This document shows, piece by piece, positions 34,103 through 43,824 of a stretch of DNA of 64,000 nt (the first letter of the stretch is position 1; every line of letters starts with the position of its first letter). A model generated the notes under the pieces. That model was not told the DNA's origin. It did no database searches and saw nothing but the letters and a program-made list of their open reading frames with translations. Both the position numbers and the translations under genes were made by a program. Source of the stretch: an uncultured Rhodospirillaceae bacterium (GTDB taxonomy: Bacteria; Pseudomonadota; Alphaproteobacteria; JAEULC01); the NCBI GenBank assembly GCA_964557415.1, contig CAZLBB010000001.1, forward strand, positions 3,373 to 67,372, given 5' to 3'.

Positions 34103-37100
34103 TCAGCCGACCGCCGCCAAGCCCGCCTGGTCCATGGCAGCGTTGAGGGCGGGCAGCGACTTCTCGCGAACGCGCTGCCAGCGCGCCGTCAGGGCGTCGA
34201 GCTCGGCGGTCAGCACGGCATAGACGTCGCGCGCCTGCTGCGCGGGGGCGAAGTCGCCGCTGTCGACCGTGTCGAACAGGGCGTTGAGCTTCTCGTGCAG
34301 GCCGCTGCCGTAGAGCTGCGCGCCGGGATAGTGCACGTCGATCAAGGCGCCCCGGATCGATCGCAGCTCGGCGGCGAGCTTGGCCGCCCCGTCGCGCACG
34401 GCGGCGCGCTCGCCGGCTCGGCGCCCGACGAGCGCGGTCTGCGCCAGCAGCGCGTCGATGTCGTTGATCATCGTGTTGACCGCGGTGAGCCTGCCGATGA
34501 TCTCGCCGAGGAAGATGAACTGCGCCTTGAGGTCGGCGAGCTTCGTCCTGACGCGCGGGTCGCGCTCGATCTCGAAGGACTGCGTCTGGCTCGCGCCGTC
34601 GACCACCAAGCGCACCGCGTAGCGGCCCGGCACGACCATGGCGCCGTCGGCGCGGTTCCACGGCTCCAGGTCCTTCGCCAGCACATTGGGTACGCCAATG
34701 AGACGCCGGTTCCACAGGAAGCGGTTGACGCCCGGCTCGGCGGGCACATCGGCGTAGTGCCTCAGCTCCCTGCCCTTCTCGTCGAGGAAGGTCAGGCTCG
34801 CGCCGCCCTTCGGCTTTTCGGGCAGGTAGTACTGCACGACCACGCCGTAGGGCGGGTTCTTGCCGGAATCGAGCAGCAGGTTGTCGTAGCTGCCGTCCGG
34901 CTGCTTCAGCGGCAGCACGCGGATCACGTTGGTGCCGGTGCGCGGATAGCTGATCATTCCCGGCCAGGCCGGACCGCGCGACGCGGTCGCCTGCGCCGCG
35001 ACCCCGCCGAAGCCGCCGATCACGCGCATGCGCACGCGCGAGCGCGGCTGGAACAGGTGCGCCGTCGGCTTGCCGCTCTTCTTTTCCTTGATCAGGTCGT
35101 AGAGCTGGTGGAACGGCGTCAGGTCGTCGAGGATCCAGATCGACCTTCCGTGCGTCGCCACCACCATCTCGACGCCCTTGATCACGAGGTCGTAGATCGG
35201 CGCCACCGGCAGGTTGCCGCCCAGGCGGTGCCACTGGCCGCCGTCGTCGAACGAGACGTAGATGCCGGTCTCGGTGCCGCAATAGAGCAGGCCGCGGCGG
35301 CTGGGGTCCTCGCGGATCGTGCGCGTGAATTCGCCGTCGGGAATGCCGGAGACGATCTTCGTCCAGCTCTTGCCGCCGTCCGCGGTCTTGTAGAGATAGG
35401 GCCTGGTGTCGTCGAGCTTGTAGCGCGTCGCGGCGATGTAGCAGGCGTCCTGGTGATGCGGCGAGGCCTCGACGATGCTGATCAACGCCCATTCGGGCAG
35501 CGCGTTGGCCCTGGCGCCCTCGACCTTCGCGTTCCTGCCGTCGGGCGTGATGTCGTCCCAGCGCTTGCCGCCGTCCCTGGAGCGGTGCACGAGCCCGTCG
35601 TCCGTGCCGCACCATAGCCAGTTGCGCCGCTGCGGCGATTCGGCCAGCGCGAAGATCGTGCAATAGACCTCGGCGCCGGTGTTGTCGCGCGTGATCGGCC
35701 CGCCCGAGGGGCCGAGCCGCGACCTGTCGTTGCGCGTCAGGTCGGGGCTCACCACCTCCCAGCACGCCCCGTTGTCGCGCGAGCGATGCAGGTGCTGCGA
35801 GCAGACCCACAGCACGTCGGGATCGTGCCGGCTGTAGTGGATCGGGAAGGTCCAGTTGAAGCGGTACTTCAGCGCGTCGGCGCCGACGCCCCAGCCGTAG
35901 AGTTCGGGCCAGACCGTGTTCTGCCAGTCCTGTCCCGTCTTGTGGTCGAACAGGTACATGACGTCGTTGGTGCAGCGCCGCCCGATCGGACCGGAGGCGA
36001 CCACCAGATCGGGGTTGTCGTGCTTGATGGCGATGTAGCCGCTCTCGCCGCCGCCCGGCTTGATCCAGTCGCGCTCGGTGATCGCCCCGATCGGCGAGGC
36101 GCTGGGGATGCTGATCGCGGTGTTGTCCTGCTGCGAGGCGTAGACGCGGTAGGGGAACCGGCTGTCGGTGGTGACGTGGTAGAGCTGCGCGGTCGGCTGG
36201 TTGTAGATCGACGACCAGGACTGGCCGCCGGTGAAACTGACACAGGCGCCACCGTCGTTGCCCTCGATCATGCGCTTCGGATTCTTCGGGTCGATCCACA
36301 GCGCATGGTCGTCGCCATGCGGCGTCGGCACCTGCAGGAAGGTCCTGCCGGCGTCGATCGACTTCCACAGACGGTAGTTCTGCACATAGACCGTGTCGGG
36401 GTCCTGCGGATCGGCGGTCACGTGCATGTAGTACCAGGGCCGCGTGCGCAGGCCGGAGAACTCGGACGCGCGCTCGAAGCTCCGCCCGCCGTCGTCGGAG
36501 CGGAACATGGCGCCGTCGTCGGCCTCGACCAGCGCCCAGACGCGGCCATAGCCGCGCCCGCCGACCGGCTCGGGCGAGACGGCGACGCCGATCTTGCCGA
36601 GCAGGCCCTTGGGCAGGCCGGACGCGCGCGAGATGTCAGTCCAGGTGTCGCCGCCGTCGGTCGAGCGCCACAGCCCGCATTCCTCGCCGCCGCTGATCAG
36701 CACGTGCGGATAGCGCTGCGCCTGCCAGATCGGCGCGTAGAGGATGTTCGGGTTGACCGGGTCGAGCGCGATGTCGTGCGAGCCGGCGCGGTCGCTCTTG
36801 TAGAGCACGTTCTCCCAGGTCCTGCCGCCGTCCTTCGAGCGGAACACGCCGCGCTGCCGGTTGCGGCCCCAGGCATGGCCCAGCGCCGCGACATAGACGA
36901 GATCCGGGTCGGCCGGATGCACGACGATGCGGCCAATATGGCGCGTGTCGTCGAGGCCGAGATGGGTCCAGGTCTTGGCCCCGTCGACCGACTTGTAGAC
37001 GCCGTCGCCGTGCGACACGTCGTTGCGGATGCAGGCCTCGCCGGTGCCGGCATAGATGACATTGGGCGCCGAGGGCGCTACGGCGATCGCGCCGACCGCC

Positions 37101-37321
37101 GCGGTACGGAAGAACCCGTCGGTCATGCAGAGCCAGGTCTGCCCGGCGTCGGTCGTCTTCCACACGCCGCCGGCACAGGCGCCGAAATAGAAGGTGGCAG
37201 GATCCGCCGGGCAGCCGGCGACGGCCACCACGCGCCCGCCGCGATGCGGGCCGATCAGACGCCAGTCCAGGCTGCTTAGGAGGCTCGCCTGAATCCCCTG
37301 TACCGCGCTCGCCAAGGTCAT
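34103..37321 (-). CDS. 1072-aa BNR/Asp-box repeat protein (sortilin/VPS10- or GH74-like double beta-propeller), no signal peptide
   Basis: More than 10 SxDxGxTW-type repeats (TDAGQTW, SVDGAKTW, SKDGGRTW, STDGGDTW, SIDAGRTF, SRDGGKRW, TADGGKSW). ORF trimmed to MTLASAVQG. Confidence 0.8.
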   Translation of the reverse strand: MTLASAVQGIQASLLSSLDWRLIGPHRGGRVVAVAGCPADPATFYFGACAGGVWKTTDAGQTWLCMTDGFFRTAAVGAIAVAPSAPNVIYAGTGEACIRNDVSHGDGVYKSVDGAKTWTHLGLDDTRHIGRIVVHPADPDLVYVAALGHAWGRNRQRGVFRSKDGGRTWENVLYKSDRAGSHDIALDPVNPNILYAPIWQAQRYPHVLISGGEECGLWRSTDGGDTWTDISRASGLPKGLLGKIGVAVSPEPVGGRGYGRVWALVEADDGAMFRSDDGGRSFERASEFSGLRTRPWYYMHVTADPQDPDTVYVQNYRLWKSIDAGRTFLQVPTPHGDDHALWIDPKNPKRMIEGNDGGACVSFTGGQSWSSIYNQPTAQLYHVTTDSRFPYRVYASQQDNTAISIPSASPIGAITERDWIKPGGGESGYIAIKHDNPDLVVASGPIGRRCTNDVMYLFDHKTGQDWQNTVWPELYGWGVGADALKYRFNWTFPIHYSRHDPDVLWVCSQHLHRSRDNGACWEVVSPDLTRNDRSRLGPSGGPITRDNTGAEVYCTIFALAESPQRRNWLWCGTDDGLVHRSRDGGKRWDDITPDGRNAKVEGARANALPEWALISIVEASPHHQDACYIAATRYKLDDTRPYLYKTADGGKSWTKIVSGIPDGEFTRTIREDPSRRGLLYCGTETGIYVSFDDGGQWHRLGGNLPVAPIYDLVIKGVEMVVATHGRSIWILDDLTPFHQLYDLIKEKKSGKPTAHLFQPRSRVRMRVIGGFGGVAAQATASRGPAWPGMISYPRTGTNVIRVLPLKQPDGSYDNLLLDSGKNPPYGVVVQYYLPEKPKGGASLTFLDEKGRELRHYADVPAEPGVNRFLWNRRLIGVPNVLAKDLEPWNRADGAMVVPGRYAVRLVVDGASQTQSFEIERDPRVRTKLADLKAQFIFLGEIIGRLTAVNTMINDIDALLAQTALVGRRAGERAAVRDGAAKLAAELRSIRGALIDVHYPGAQLYGSGLHEKLNALFDTVDSGDFAPAQQARDVYAVLTAELDALTARWQRVREKSLPALNAAMDQAGLAAVG

Positions 37322-37385
37322 TCTCTCCCCTTCACGGGCGCGCACGGGGCGCGCCGTATCGCTCCGAAATCACGGCGCCGACCGG

Positions 37386-38288
37386 TTACCGCCGATAGCG
37401 CCGCTGCACCATGAGGTTGGCGGCGGCCGTGAGCACGAGCGTCGCCGACATGAGGATGAAGGCGACGGCGCTGCCGAGCGGCCAGTTGCTCTTGATCGCG
37501 AACTGGATGTAGACGAGCGGCCCCATCATGACGAACTGCGGCCCGCCCAGCAGCACCGGCGTGGCATAGGCGTTCATCGTGAGGATGAAGCAGAAGATTC
37601 CGCCGGCGACGAAGCCGGGCAGTGCCAGCGGCAGCAGCACGCGGCGGAACATGGTCCAGGGGCCGGCGCCCAGGCTGAAGGCCGCCTCCTCGACCGCGCG
37701 GTCGATGCCCTCGATCACGCTCTGCAGCGTCAGCACGACATAGGGCAGGTTCACGGCCAGGATGCCGACGATGACGGCGGTCTCGGTGAACATGATGGTC
37801 AACGGCTCGCCGATCAACCCGAGCCACTGCAGGCTGACGTTGAGAAAGCCCTTGTTGCCGAACAGGGTCATCCATCCGGCCGCGCGCACCGCGTTGCCGA
37901 CGAACAGCGGCAGCACGACCAGCATGATCAGCAGGTGCTTGTACCGGCTCTGCGTCCGCGCGATCACGTAGGCGAGCGGAAACGCAAGGACCACGCAGAT
38001 CGCGGTGACGATCACGGCGACGCGCAGCGTGCGATAGAACGCGGCGAGGAAATACGGATCGGTAAAGAACAAGACGTACTGCTTGATCGTGAACGCGTCG
38101 ATCATCAGCACGCCGGGCTTGAAGTCGTTCAGGCTGTAGCGGAACAGGAACAGGATCGGCAGCAGCAGTCCGACCGTGACGAAGATCGTCGCCGGCCCGA
38201 TCAAGAGTCCGGCGGTCGACAGCCGCCCGCCGCGCATTTCGCGCGCGGCGAGCGACTGCAACGTGCCGGCCGTGGCGGACGCGGTCAT
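37386..38288 (-). CDS. ABC transporter permease (PotB/PotH-like)
   Basis: 300 aa, 6 TM segments and an EAA-like loop (EEAAFSLGAGPWTMFRRVLLPLALPG). Confidence 0.85.
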   Translation of the reverse strand: MTASATAGTLQSLAAREMRGGRLSTAGLLIGPATIFVTVGLLLPILFLFRYSLNDFKPGVLMIDAFTIKQYVLFFTDPYFLAAFYRTLRVAVIVTAICVVLAFPLAYVIARTQSRYKHLLIMLVVLPLFVGNAVRAAGWMTLFGNKGFLNVSLQWLGLIGEPLTIMFTETAVIVGILAVNLPYVVLTLQSVIEGIDRAVEEAAFSLGAGPWTMFRRVLLPLALPGFVAGGIFCFILTMNAYATPVLLGGPQFVMMGPLVYIQFAIKSNWPLGSAVAFILMSATLVLTAAANLMVQRRYRR

Positions 38289-38298
38289 GCCTCCGTCC

Positions 38299-38459
38299 TG
38301 TCCCCCCTCCCCTTGCGGGAGAGGGTTAGGGGAAGGGGTATGTTACCGCGAGGCACGTCGTGCCCGACGTGGAAAGAGTGTTCCCGCGCTACCGCGCGGA
38401 AACCCCTCCCCCAGTCCCCCTCCCGCCCCTTCGACAAGAGCTCAGGAGGGAGGGGGAAC
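38299..38459. repeat. Intergenic palindromic repeat element, copy B (REP/MITE-like), between the binding-protein and permease genes
   Basis: Starts gtcccccctccccttgcgggagagggttagggg, which is near-identical to the start of copy C. The right end gggagggggaac is an imperfect inverted copy. Several internal hairpins (ggcacgtcgtgcc, ccgcgctaccgcgcgg). Confidence 0.55.
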
Positions 38460-38501
38460 TGAAATATCGTCCCGTCGGGCACTGTTCGGACCTTCGCGCT
38501 G

Positions 38502-39587
38502 CTAGGCCTTGAACTGCTTGTCCCAGAAGTCGCGCAGGTCCGGGCCCTTCTTGGTGAGGAACTCCAGGTCCGGGTTGACCAGCAAGGCCGCCTCTTCCTC
38601 GGAGAAGCCGATGCGCTTCCTGAGTTCGGGGTCGACCTTGGCGTTGCTGACGACCGGGTTGTAGCCCATGTCGACGGCGAAGGCCTCCTGCGCCGATGGC
38701 TCGAGCGCCGAGTTGAGGAAGGCATAGGCGCCTTCCTTGTTCGGCGCGTTCTTTGGGATGGTGAAGCCCGACATGTAGGTGATGATGCCGTCCTTGGGCG
38801 CGATCGTCTGCACCGGGATGCCGGCGTTCTGCCACTGCACCGCGCGCGCCTTCCACATGATGCAGAGCCCGATCTCCTCGGTCTTGAGCCCTTGTGCCAG
38901 CGCCTCGTTGGTCGGGTAGATCCGCGGCTTCAGCTTCTTCAGCTCCAGCAGCATCTTCTTGGCGGTCTCGAAGTCACCGGTCTTGCCGCCGCCGGCCAGC
39001 GCCGCAGCCATGGTCGTGTAGTTGAACTGGATGTCGATCACGCCGACCTTGCCCTGGTGCTTCGGGTCCCACAGATCGACGATCTTGGTCGGCGGCGTCG
39101 GGATCAGCTTCGGGTTGTAGAGCACGACCTTGCCGCTGTAGATGTGCGGCGAGATGTACGAGCCCTTGTCGATGCTGAAGTTCTTCAGGATGTTCTTGGA
39201 GTTCGGCATCTTCGCCGGGTCGAGCTTCTCCAGGAGCCCGAGCTCGGTCAGCTCGCCGATGTCGGTGTCGGCGAGCGCCTGGATGTCGGACGTGCCCTTG
39301 GGCAGACGCGCCTCGGCCTGAACCTTGGTCTTGCGCTGCTGGCTGCCGAGATCGTCGTGCACCATCTCCCAGCCCTTCGGCGCCATCAGCGGGTTGGAGA
39401 TGTTCTTGGCGAGCAGCTTGGAATAGTCGCCGCCCCAGGTGCCGAGCACAACTTTCTTGCTCTGCGACCAGGCTTGGCCGGTCGGCCCGAAGATGCCGAG
39501 CGCGCTCGCGCCGGCAACGGCCGCGGCGCCGCCCTTGAGCGCCTCGCGGCGGGTGATGATGGTGGGTGTCCCCAGACGTTTGGTCAT
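38502..39587 (-). CDS. ABC transporter periplasmic binding protein (PotD/PotF-like, family 1)
   Basis: ORF trimmed to MTKRLGTPTIITRREALKGGAAAVAGASALG, a Tat signal. PotD-like fold sequence. Confidence 0.85.
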   Translation of the reverse strand: MTKRLGTPTIITRREALKGGAAAVAGASALGIFGPTGQAWSQSKKVVLGTWGGDYSKLLAKNISNPLMAPKGWEMVHDDLGSQQRKTKVQAEARLPKGTSDIQALADTDIGELTELGLLEKLDPAKMPNSKNILKNFSIDKGSYISPHIYSGKVVLYNPKLIPTPPTKIVDLWDPKHQGKVGVIDIQFNYTTMAAALAGGGKTGDFETAKKMLLELKKLKPRIYPTNEALAQGLKTEEIGLCIMWKARAVQWQNAGIPVQTIAPKDGIITYMSGFTIPKNAPNKEGAYAFLNSALEPSAQEAFAVDMGYNPVVSNAKVDPELRKRIGFSEEEAALLVNPDLEFLTKKGPDLRDFWDKQFKA

Positions 39588-39633
39588 CGTGTCTCTCCTC
39601 CTGTTTGAGCCGTTGTCGAACGCATCCGGCGCG

Positions 39634-40704
39634 TCAGGCCTGCGGCCTGCCGGCCTCCTCCGCAAACACGACGCCGGCCTCGGACGGCCAGCCGACCTCG
39701 ACCTTGTCGCCCTCGCTCGGCAGTCTCCCGTCGGCGCGGTTCGGCTGGCTGACCACGACGCGATCGGCCGCCGAGACGCGCACGTGCACGTCGATGTTGG
39801 CGCCGAGATAGGAGACGAACTCCACCGTACCCGGCAGGCGGTTGGGCAGGCCCTGCGCCGCGGGACCGAGCGCCAGCCGCTCGGGCCGGAGCGCGATCAC
39901 CGCCGGGCCGGCCTGGCCGCCGGCGCAGGCGATCTTGAGGCCGCCCGCCGTCTCGAACTGGCCAGGGCCGACCACCTTGCCCGGCAGGATGTTGCTGCGG
40001 CCGACGAAGCCGGCGACGAAGCGGTCGGCCGGCCGCTCGTAGAGGTCGCGCTGCGAGCCGACCTGACGCACCTCGCCCTCGGACATGACCACCAGCCGGT
40101 CGGCCATGATCAGCGCCTCTTCCTGGTCGTGCGTCACCATCACCGTGGTGATGCCGAGCTGGCGCTGCAGCTCGCGGATCTCCACGCGCACCGTCTCGCG
40201 CAGCTTGGCGTCGAGGTTCGACAGCGGCTCGTCCAGCAGCAGCACGTCGGGCCGGATGGCGAGCGCGCGCGCCAGCGCCACGCGCTGCTGCTGCCCACCC
40301 GAGAGCTGGCGCGGCAGGCGCTCGGCGAAGCCGTCGAGCCGGACCATGCGCAGCGCCTCGGCGACGCGCGGCTTGGTCTCGGCCGGCGCGATCTTGCGCA
40401 TCTCGAGGCCGAAGGCGACGTTCTCCGCCACGGTCAGGTGCGGGAACAAGGCATAGCTCTGGAATACCATCCCGGCGTTGCGCTTCCACGGCGGCAGCGC
40501 CGTGACCTCGCGCCCGCCCAGGCGTACGCGCCCGCCGGTTGGCGCGACGAATCCGGCGATCATGCGCAAGGTCGTGGTCTTGCCGCAGCCGCTCGGCCCC
40601 AGCAGCACGACGAACTCGCCGTCGGCGATGTCGAGCGTGACGTCGCTGACCGCGACCGTCGGGCCGAAATGCTTGGAAAGATGCTGCAGTTCGAGCCGCG
40701 CCAT
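39634..40704 (-). CDS. ABC transporter ATP-binding protein (PotA-like, with C-terminal TOBE-like domain)
   Basis: Walker A GPSGCGKTT, LSGGQQQRVALARAL and Walker B LLLDEPLSNLD. Confidence 0.9.
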   Translation of the reverse strand: MARLELQHLSKHFGPTVAVSDVTLDIADGEFVVLLGPSGCGKTTTLRMIAGFVAPTGGRVRLGGREVTALPPWKRNAGMVFQSYALFPHLTVAENVAFGLEMRKIAPAETKPRVAEALRMVRLDGFAERLPRQLSGGQQQRVALARALAIRPDVLLLDEPLSNLDAKLRETVRVEIRELQRQLGITTVMVTHDQEEALIMADRLVVMSEGEVRQVGSQRDLYERPADRFVAGFVGRSNILPGKVVGPGQFETAGGLKIACAGGQAGPAVIALRPERLALGPAAQGLPNRLPGTVEFVSYLGANIDVHVRVSAADRVVVSQPNRADGRLPSEGDKVEVGWPSEAGVVFAEEAGRPQA

Positions 40705-40708
40705 TTCC

Positions 40709-41536
40709 CTACACCACGCGCGAGAGCTTGACGAAACGGTCTGTAATGATCATCGCGCCCGCGATCAGCCCGATCTGCAGCACGGAGACCGCGGCGATGG
40801 TCGGGTCGATCTTCCATTCCAGGTACTGCAGGATCGCGATCGGCAGCGTGGTGCGGCCGGCGCCGACCAAAAACAGCGTCATCTCGAGATTGCCGAACGA
40901 GACGACGAAGCCGAACAGCGCCGCCGCGACGATGCCCGGGCGGATGGTCGGCAGCGTCACGCGGAAGAAGGTCCGAACCGGCGTGGCCCCGAGATTCTGC
41001 GCCGCCTCCTCGATGCTGCGGTCGAAGCCGGCGAGGCTCGCCGTCACCAGGCGCACGCACCAGGGAATGACCAGCAGGATGTGGCCGGCGACAAGGCCGG
41101 CGATCGAGCCGAGGATCGGCAGTTCGGTCCAGATCGTGACTTCGACGTGGAACACGTAGATCGAGGTGCCGAGCACGATGCCCGGCACGACCAGCGGCAT
41201 CAGCAGCAGGCTGTTGAGCGCTTCGCGGCCGGGAAAGCGGAAGCGCGACACGCACAGCGCCGCCGGCACGCCGATCGACAGGCCCACGACCATGGCCGTC
41301 ACCGCGACCTGCAGGCTGAGCAGGAAGCCGTCGAAGAACTTCGGGTTGTTCCAGATCGAGGCGAACCAGCGCAGGCTGTAGCCGTCGGGCGGAAACGACG
41401 GGATCTCCTGGCGGAAGAAGGCAAGCCAGGTGACGAAGAACAGCGGCAGCAGGATGAAACCCAGCACGGCGCCGGCGGCGCCGTTGAGCGCCCAGCGCCC
41501 GAGCGTGCGGCTGTACACGGCGCCTTGCGAGGTCAT
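40709..41536 (-). CDS. ABC transporter permease (PotC/PotI-like)
   Basis: ORF 40709..41731 trimmed to MTSQGAVYSRTLGRWALNGAAGAVLGFILLPL. EAA loop EEAAQNLGATPVRTFFRVTLP. Confidence 0.85.
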   Translation of the reverse strand: MTSQGAVYSRTLGRWALNGAAGAVLGFILLPLFFVTWLAFFRQEIPSFPPDGYSLRWFASIWNNPKFFDGFLLSLQVAVTAMVVGLSIGVPAALCVSRFRFPGREALNSLLLMPLVVPGIVLGTSIYVFHVEVTIWTELPILGSIAGLVAGHILLVIPWCVRLVTASLAGFDRSIEEAAQNLGATPVRTFFRVTLPTIRPGIVAAALFGFVVSFGNLEMTLFLVGAGRTTLPIAILQYLEWKIDPTIAAVSVLQIGLIAGAMIITDRFVKLSRVV

Positions 41537-41665
41537 GCCGGGTCTCGACGGTCGCGCGCGACCGGGGCCCGTGCGCCGCCACGGCGCGCCCCGCGCTGCT
41601 GCTGCCGTTTTCCCCGATCGATCATGCGCCCCCGCGCCGAAGTTGCGACTCCATAGCAAGGCTGC

Positions 41666-41687
41666 CGATTTTATACAATATCCAATC
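41666..41687. promoter_or_regulatory. AT-rich 22-bp operator-like motif (copy 2, reverse orientation) inside the inverted repeat GCCGATT-N13-AATCGGC
   Basis: cgattttatacaatatccaatc is the reverse complement of copy 1 with one mismatch. It lies in the 230-bp divergent promoter region between the Pot-like operon start and the second GntR gene. Confidence 0.55.
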
Positions 41688-41766
41688 GGCATATTGCGGC
41701 ACGCCGTGTAGCCATGATACCAGGGCTGCAAGGCAAGCGCCCATAAGCCGCGCGTCCATACCTCTT

Positions 41767-42489
41767 ATGCAGGGCATCGCCCGCTTCCGGATCGAGGGCA
41801 TGAGCATTTCCGCCCCCAGGACCCCGAGCATGCCGTTCTCGCACCGCACGGTGGCCGCCTCGGCCGCGGACGCGATCCGGCGCAAGATCTTCGATGGCCA
41901 GCTCAAGGACGGCGAGCCGCTGCGCCAGGACCTGCTCGCCGCCGAGTTCGGCATCAGCCGCACGCCGGTACGCGAGGCGCTGGTGCAGCTCGAGGCCGAG
42001 GGCCTGGTCAAGATCGAGCCCCACAAGGGCGCCGTCGTCGCCGGCACGTCGCTGGCCAGCGTCGAGGAAACCTTCGAATTGCGCGAGGTTCTGGAGCCGA
42101 TGCTGCTCGAGCGCTCGGCGCCGCGCCTGACCGAGGACGACTTCCGCCAGATCGACGCCGTGCTGCAGGAATACTCGGACGAACTGCGCAATCACAACGT
42201 CAAGCGCTGGGGCGAGCTCAACACGCTGCTGCACGCCAAGCTCTATGCGCGCGCCGAGCGGCCGCAGATCCAGGCGATCGTCGACAAGCTGCTCAATACG
42301 TCGGACCGGTTCACCCGGCTGCAGCTGATCCTGACCCACGACCTCGAGCGCGCCGAGCGCGAGCACGACGAGATCGTCACGCTGTGCCGCAAGGGCGACT
42401 TCGCCGCCGCCGCCGCGACGCTGCGGCGCCACATCCGCGCGGTCAAGGACGCACTGGTCAAGTTCCTGGCGGAGCGGCCGGGCGCGTAG
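41767..42489 (+). CDS. GntR-family transcriptional regulator (FadR/FCD subfamily), second copy
   Basis: wHTH LRQDLLAAEFGISRTPVREAL plus an FCD domain. The start is ambiguous (41767, 41800 or 41830). Confidence 0.8.
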   Translation: MQGIARFRIEGMSISAPRTPSMPFSHRTVAASAADAIRRKIFDGQLKDGEPLRQDLLAAEFGISRTPVREALVQLEAEGLVKIEPHKGAVVAGTSLASVEETFELREVLEPMLLERSAPRLTEDDFRQIDAVLQEYSDELRNHNVKRWGELNTLLHAKLYARAERPQIQAIVDKLLNTSDRFTRLQLILTHDLERAEREHDEIVTLCRKGDFAAAAATLRRHIRAVKDALVKFLAERPGA

Positions 42490-42852
42490 CCCCGCGCTAC
42501 CGCGGTGTTGCGCCGTGCGGGGCGGGCCGACTTGGAGCGGAGATCGCATGCAAGAGCGTGGGAGCCGCTGGCGACGTCGGCCCGGTGCGGGGAGCGGACT
42601 GGCGAACAGGCGGGCGGGACAAGGCAGTCTCCGCCATTGCGCGCCCGGGATCGCACCAGCTGCAACCGGTTTCTTCCACCCCTCTTCAAGCGGTCATCGC
42701 GAGAGCGCGGCCGACCAAGACGAGGATCGCGCCGAACAGCAAACGGCGATCCAAGATCTGGCCCGACATTGCAGCCGCAGCGGCGACGTTGCTGCTGGCA
42801 GCGAGGGGCCGCCGTGCTACGATAGCCCATAGTTTCAGTTCTGGTCGTCTTC

Positions 42853-43824
42853 ATGTCGAGCGAAGGCGCCGCGGCCACGCGGCCCGATCCCTCACTGCCA
42901 AGCCTCGTCCAACGCGACGCAAGCCCTTCCATGCGAAGCGTCGGGGCTATGCTGCTGCTCGCCGTCATGTGGGGGCTCTCGATCCCGGTAACGAAGCTCG
43001 GCCTGGTGACAATGCCGCCGTTGACGCTGACGGCGTTGCGGTTCGCGGTCGCCGTGCCACTGCTGTTCCTTTTCGTTGTGGGAAGGCAGCGGCTTCCGTG
43101 GCGGGCCTTCCCGCACGTGGCCGCGCTTGGAATCCTCGGCATTGGCGTAGGCCAGGTCGCGCAAACACTGGGCGTGGTCGGCACGTCGGCATCTGTCGGC
43201 ACCGTCATCTCCGCAACCATTCCGGTCTTCGTCGTCATCTTCGCCGCGCTGCGCCTGAAACAGGCCGTGTCCGGTCGGCAAGCATCGGGGCTGCTGGCAG
43301 CTTTCGTCGGAATCGCGCTGGTCGCGTCTGGAAATGGCGGCGAGGCGGGCACGGCGTCCGAAACCACCGCGGCCGGTGTCGGTCTCATGCTGCTCTCCGC
43401 GCTCGCGGTCGCTTTCTATTACGTCTGGAGCGTCGAACTCACGAACACGTATGGCACCGCCACCGTGGCGGCTTGGAGCACCTTCTTCGGGTTGGCAGTG
43501 TTGTTGCCGTGGGCAGGCTGGGAGATGTGGCGGGTTCCGTTCCACATCACCGCCGAGGCCGTCGGGGCCGCAGTATACCTTGGCGTCGTGGTGACAGCAG
43601 CGGGCCTCTTCGTGTGGCTCCATCTGCTACGCATAGTCCCGGCTCGCACCGCAGCCAGCGTGCAATACCTCCAGCCGATAGTGGGCATCGTCGCTTCATC
43701 TGTGATGTTCGGTGACAGGCTCGGATTTCTCTTCGTTGCCGGAGTGATACTGGTTCTGGCCGGCCTTGCTCTATCCATGGCCTCGCGGCGCAAAGGCGCG
43801 GATGCTCTGCAGGCATCGCCCTAG
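42853..43824 (+). CDS. DMT-superfamily (EamA-like) transporter
   Basis: Ten TM segments with two EamA-like halves. The start could be 42931 (MRSVGAMLLLAV). Confidence 0.75.
   Translation: MSSEGAAATRPDPSLPSLVQRDASPSMRSVGAMLLLAVMWGLSIPVTKLGLVTMPPLTLTALRFAVAVPLLFLFVVGRQRLPWRAFPHVAALGILGIGVGQVAQTLGVVGTSASVGTVISATIPVFVVIFAALRLKQAVSGRQASGLLAAFVGIALVASGNGGEAGTASETTAAGVGLMLLSALAVAFYYVWSVELTNTYGTATVAAWSTFFGLAVLLPWAGWEMWRVPFHITAEAVGAAVYLGVVVTAAGLFVWLHLLRIVPARTAASVQYLQPIVGIVASSVMFGDRLGFLFVAGVILVLAGLALSMASRRKGADALQASP

Noticed and set aside
35786-37279. Plus-strand 497-aa ORF, and 34091..35617 plus 508 aa
   Set aside because: Antisense to the BNR giant gene.
39439-40731. Plus-strand 430-aa ORF
   Set aside because: Antisense to the Pot-like binding-protein and ATPase genes.
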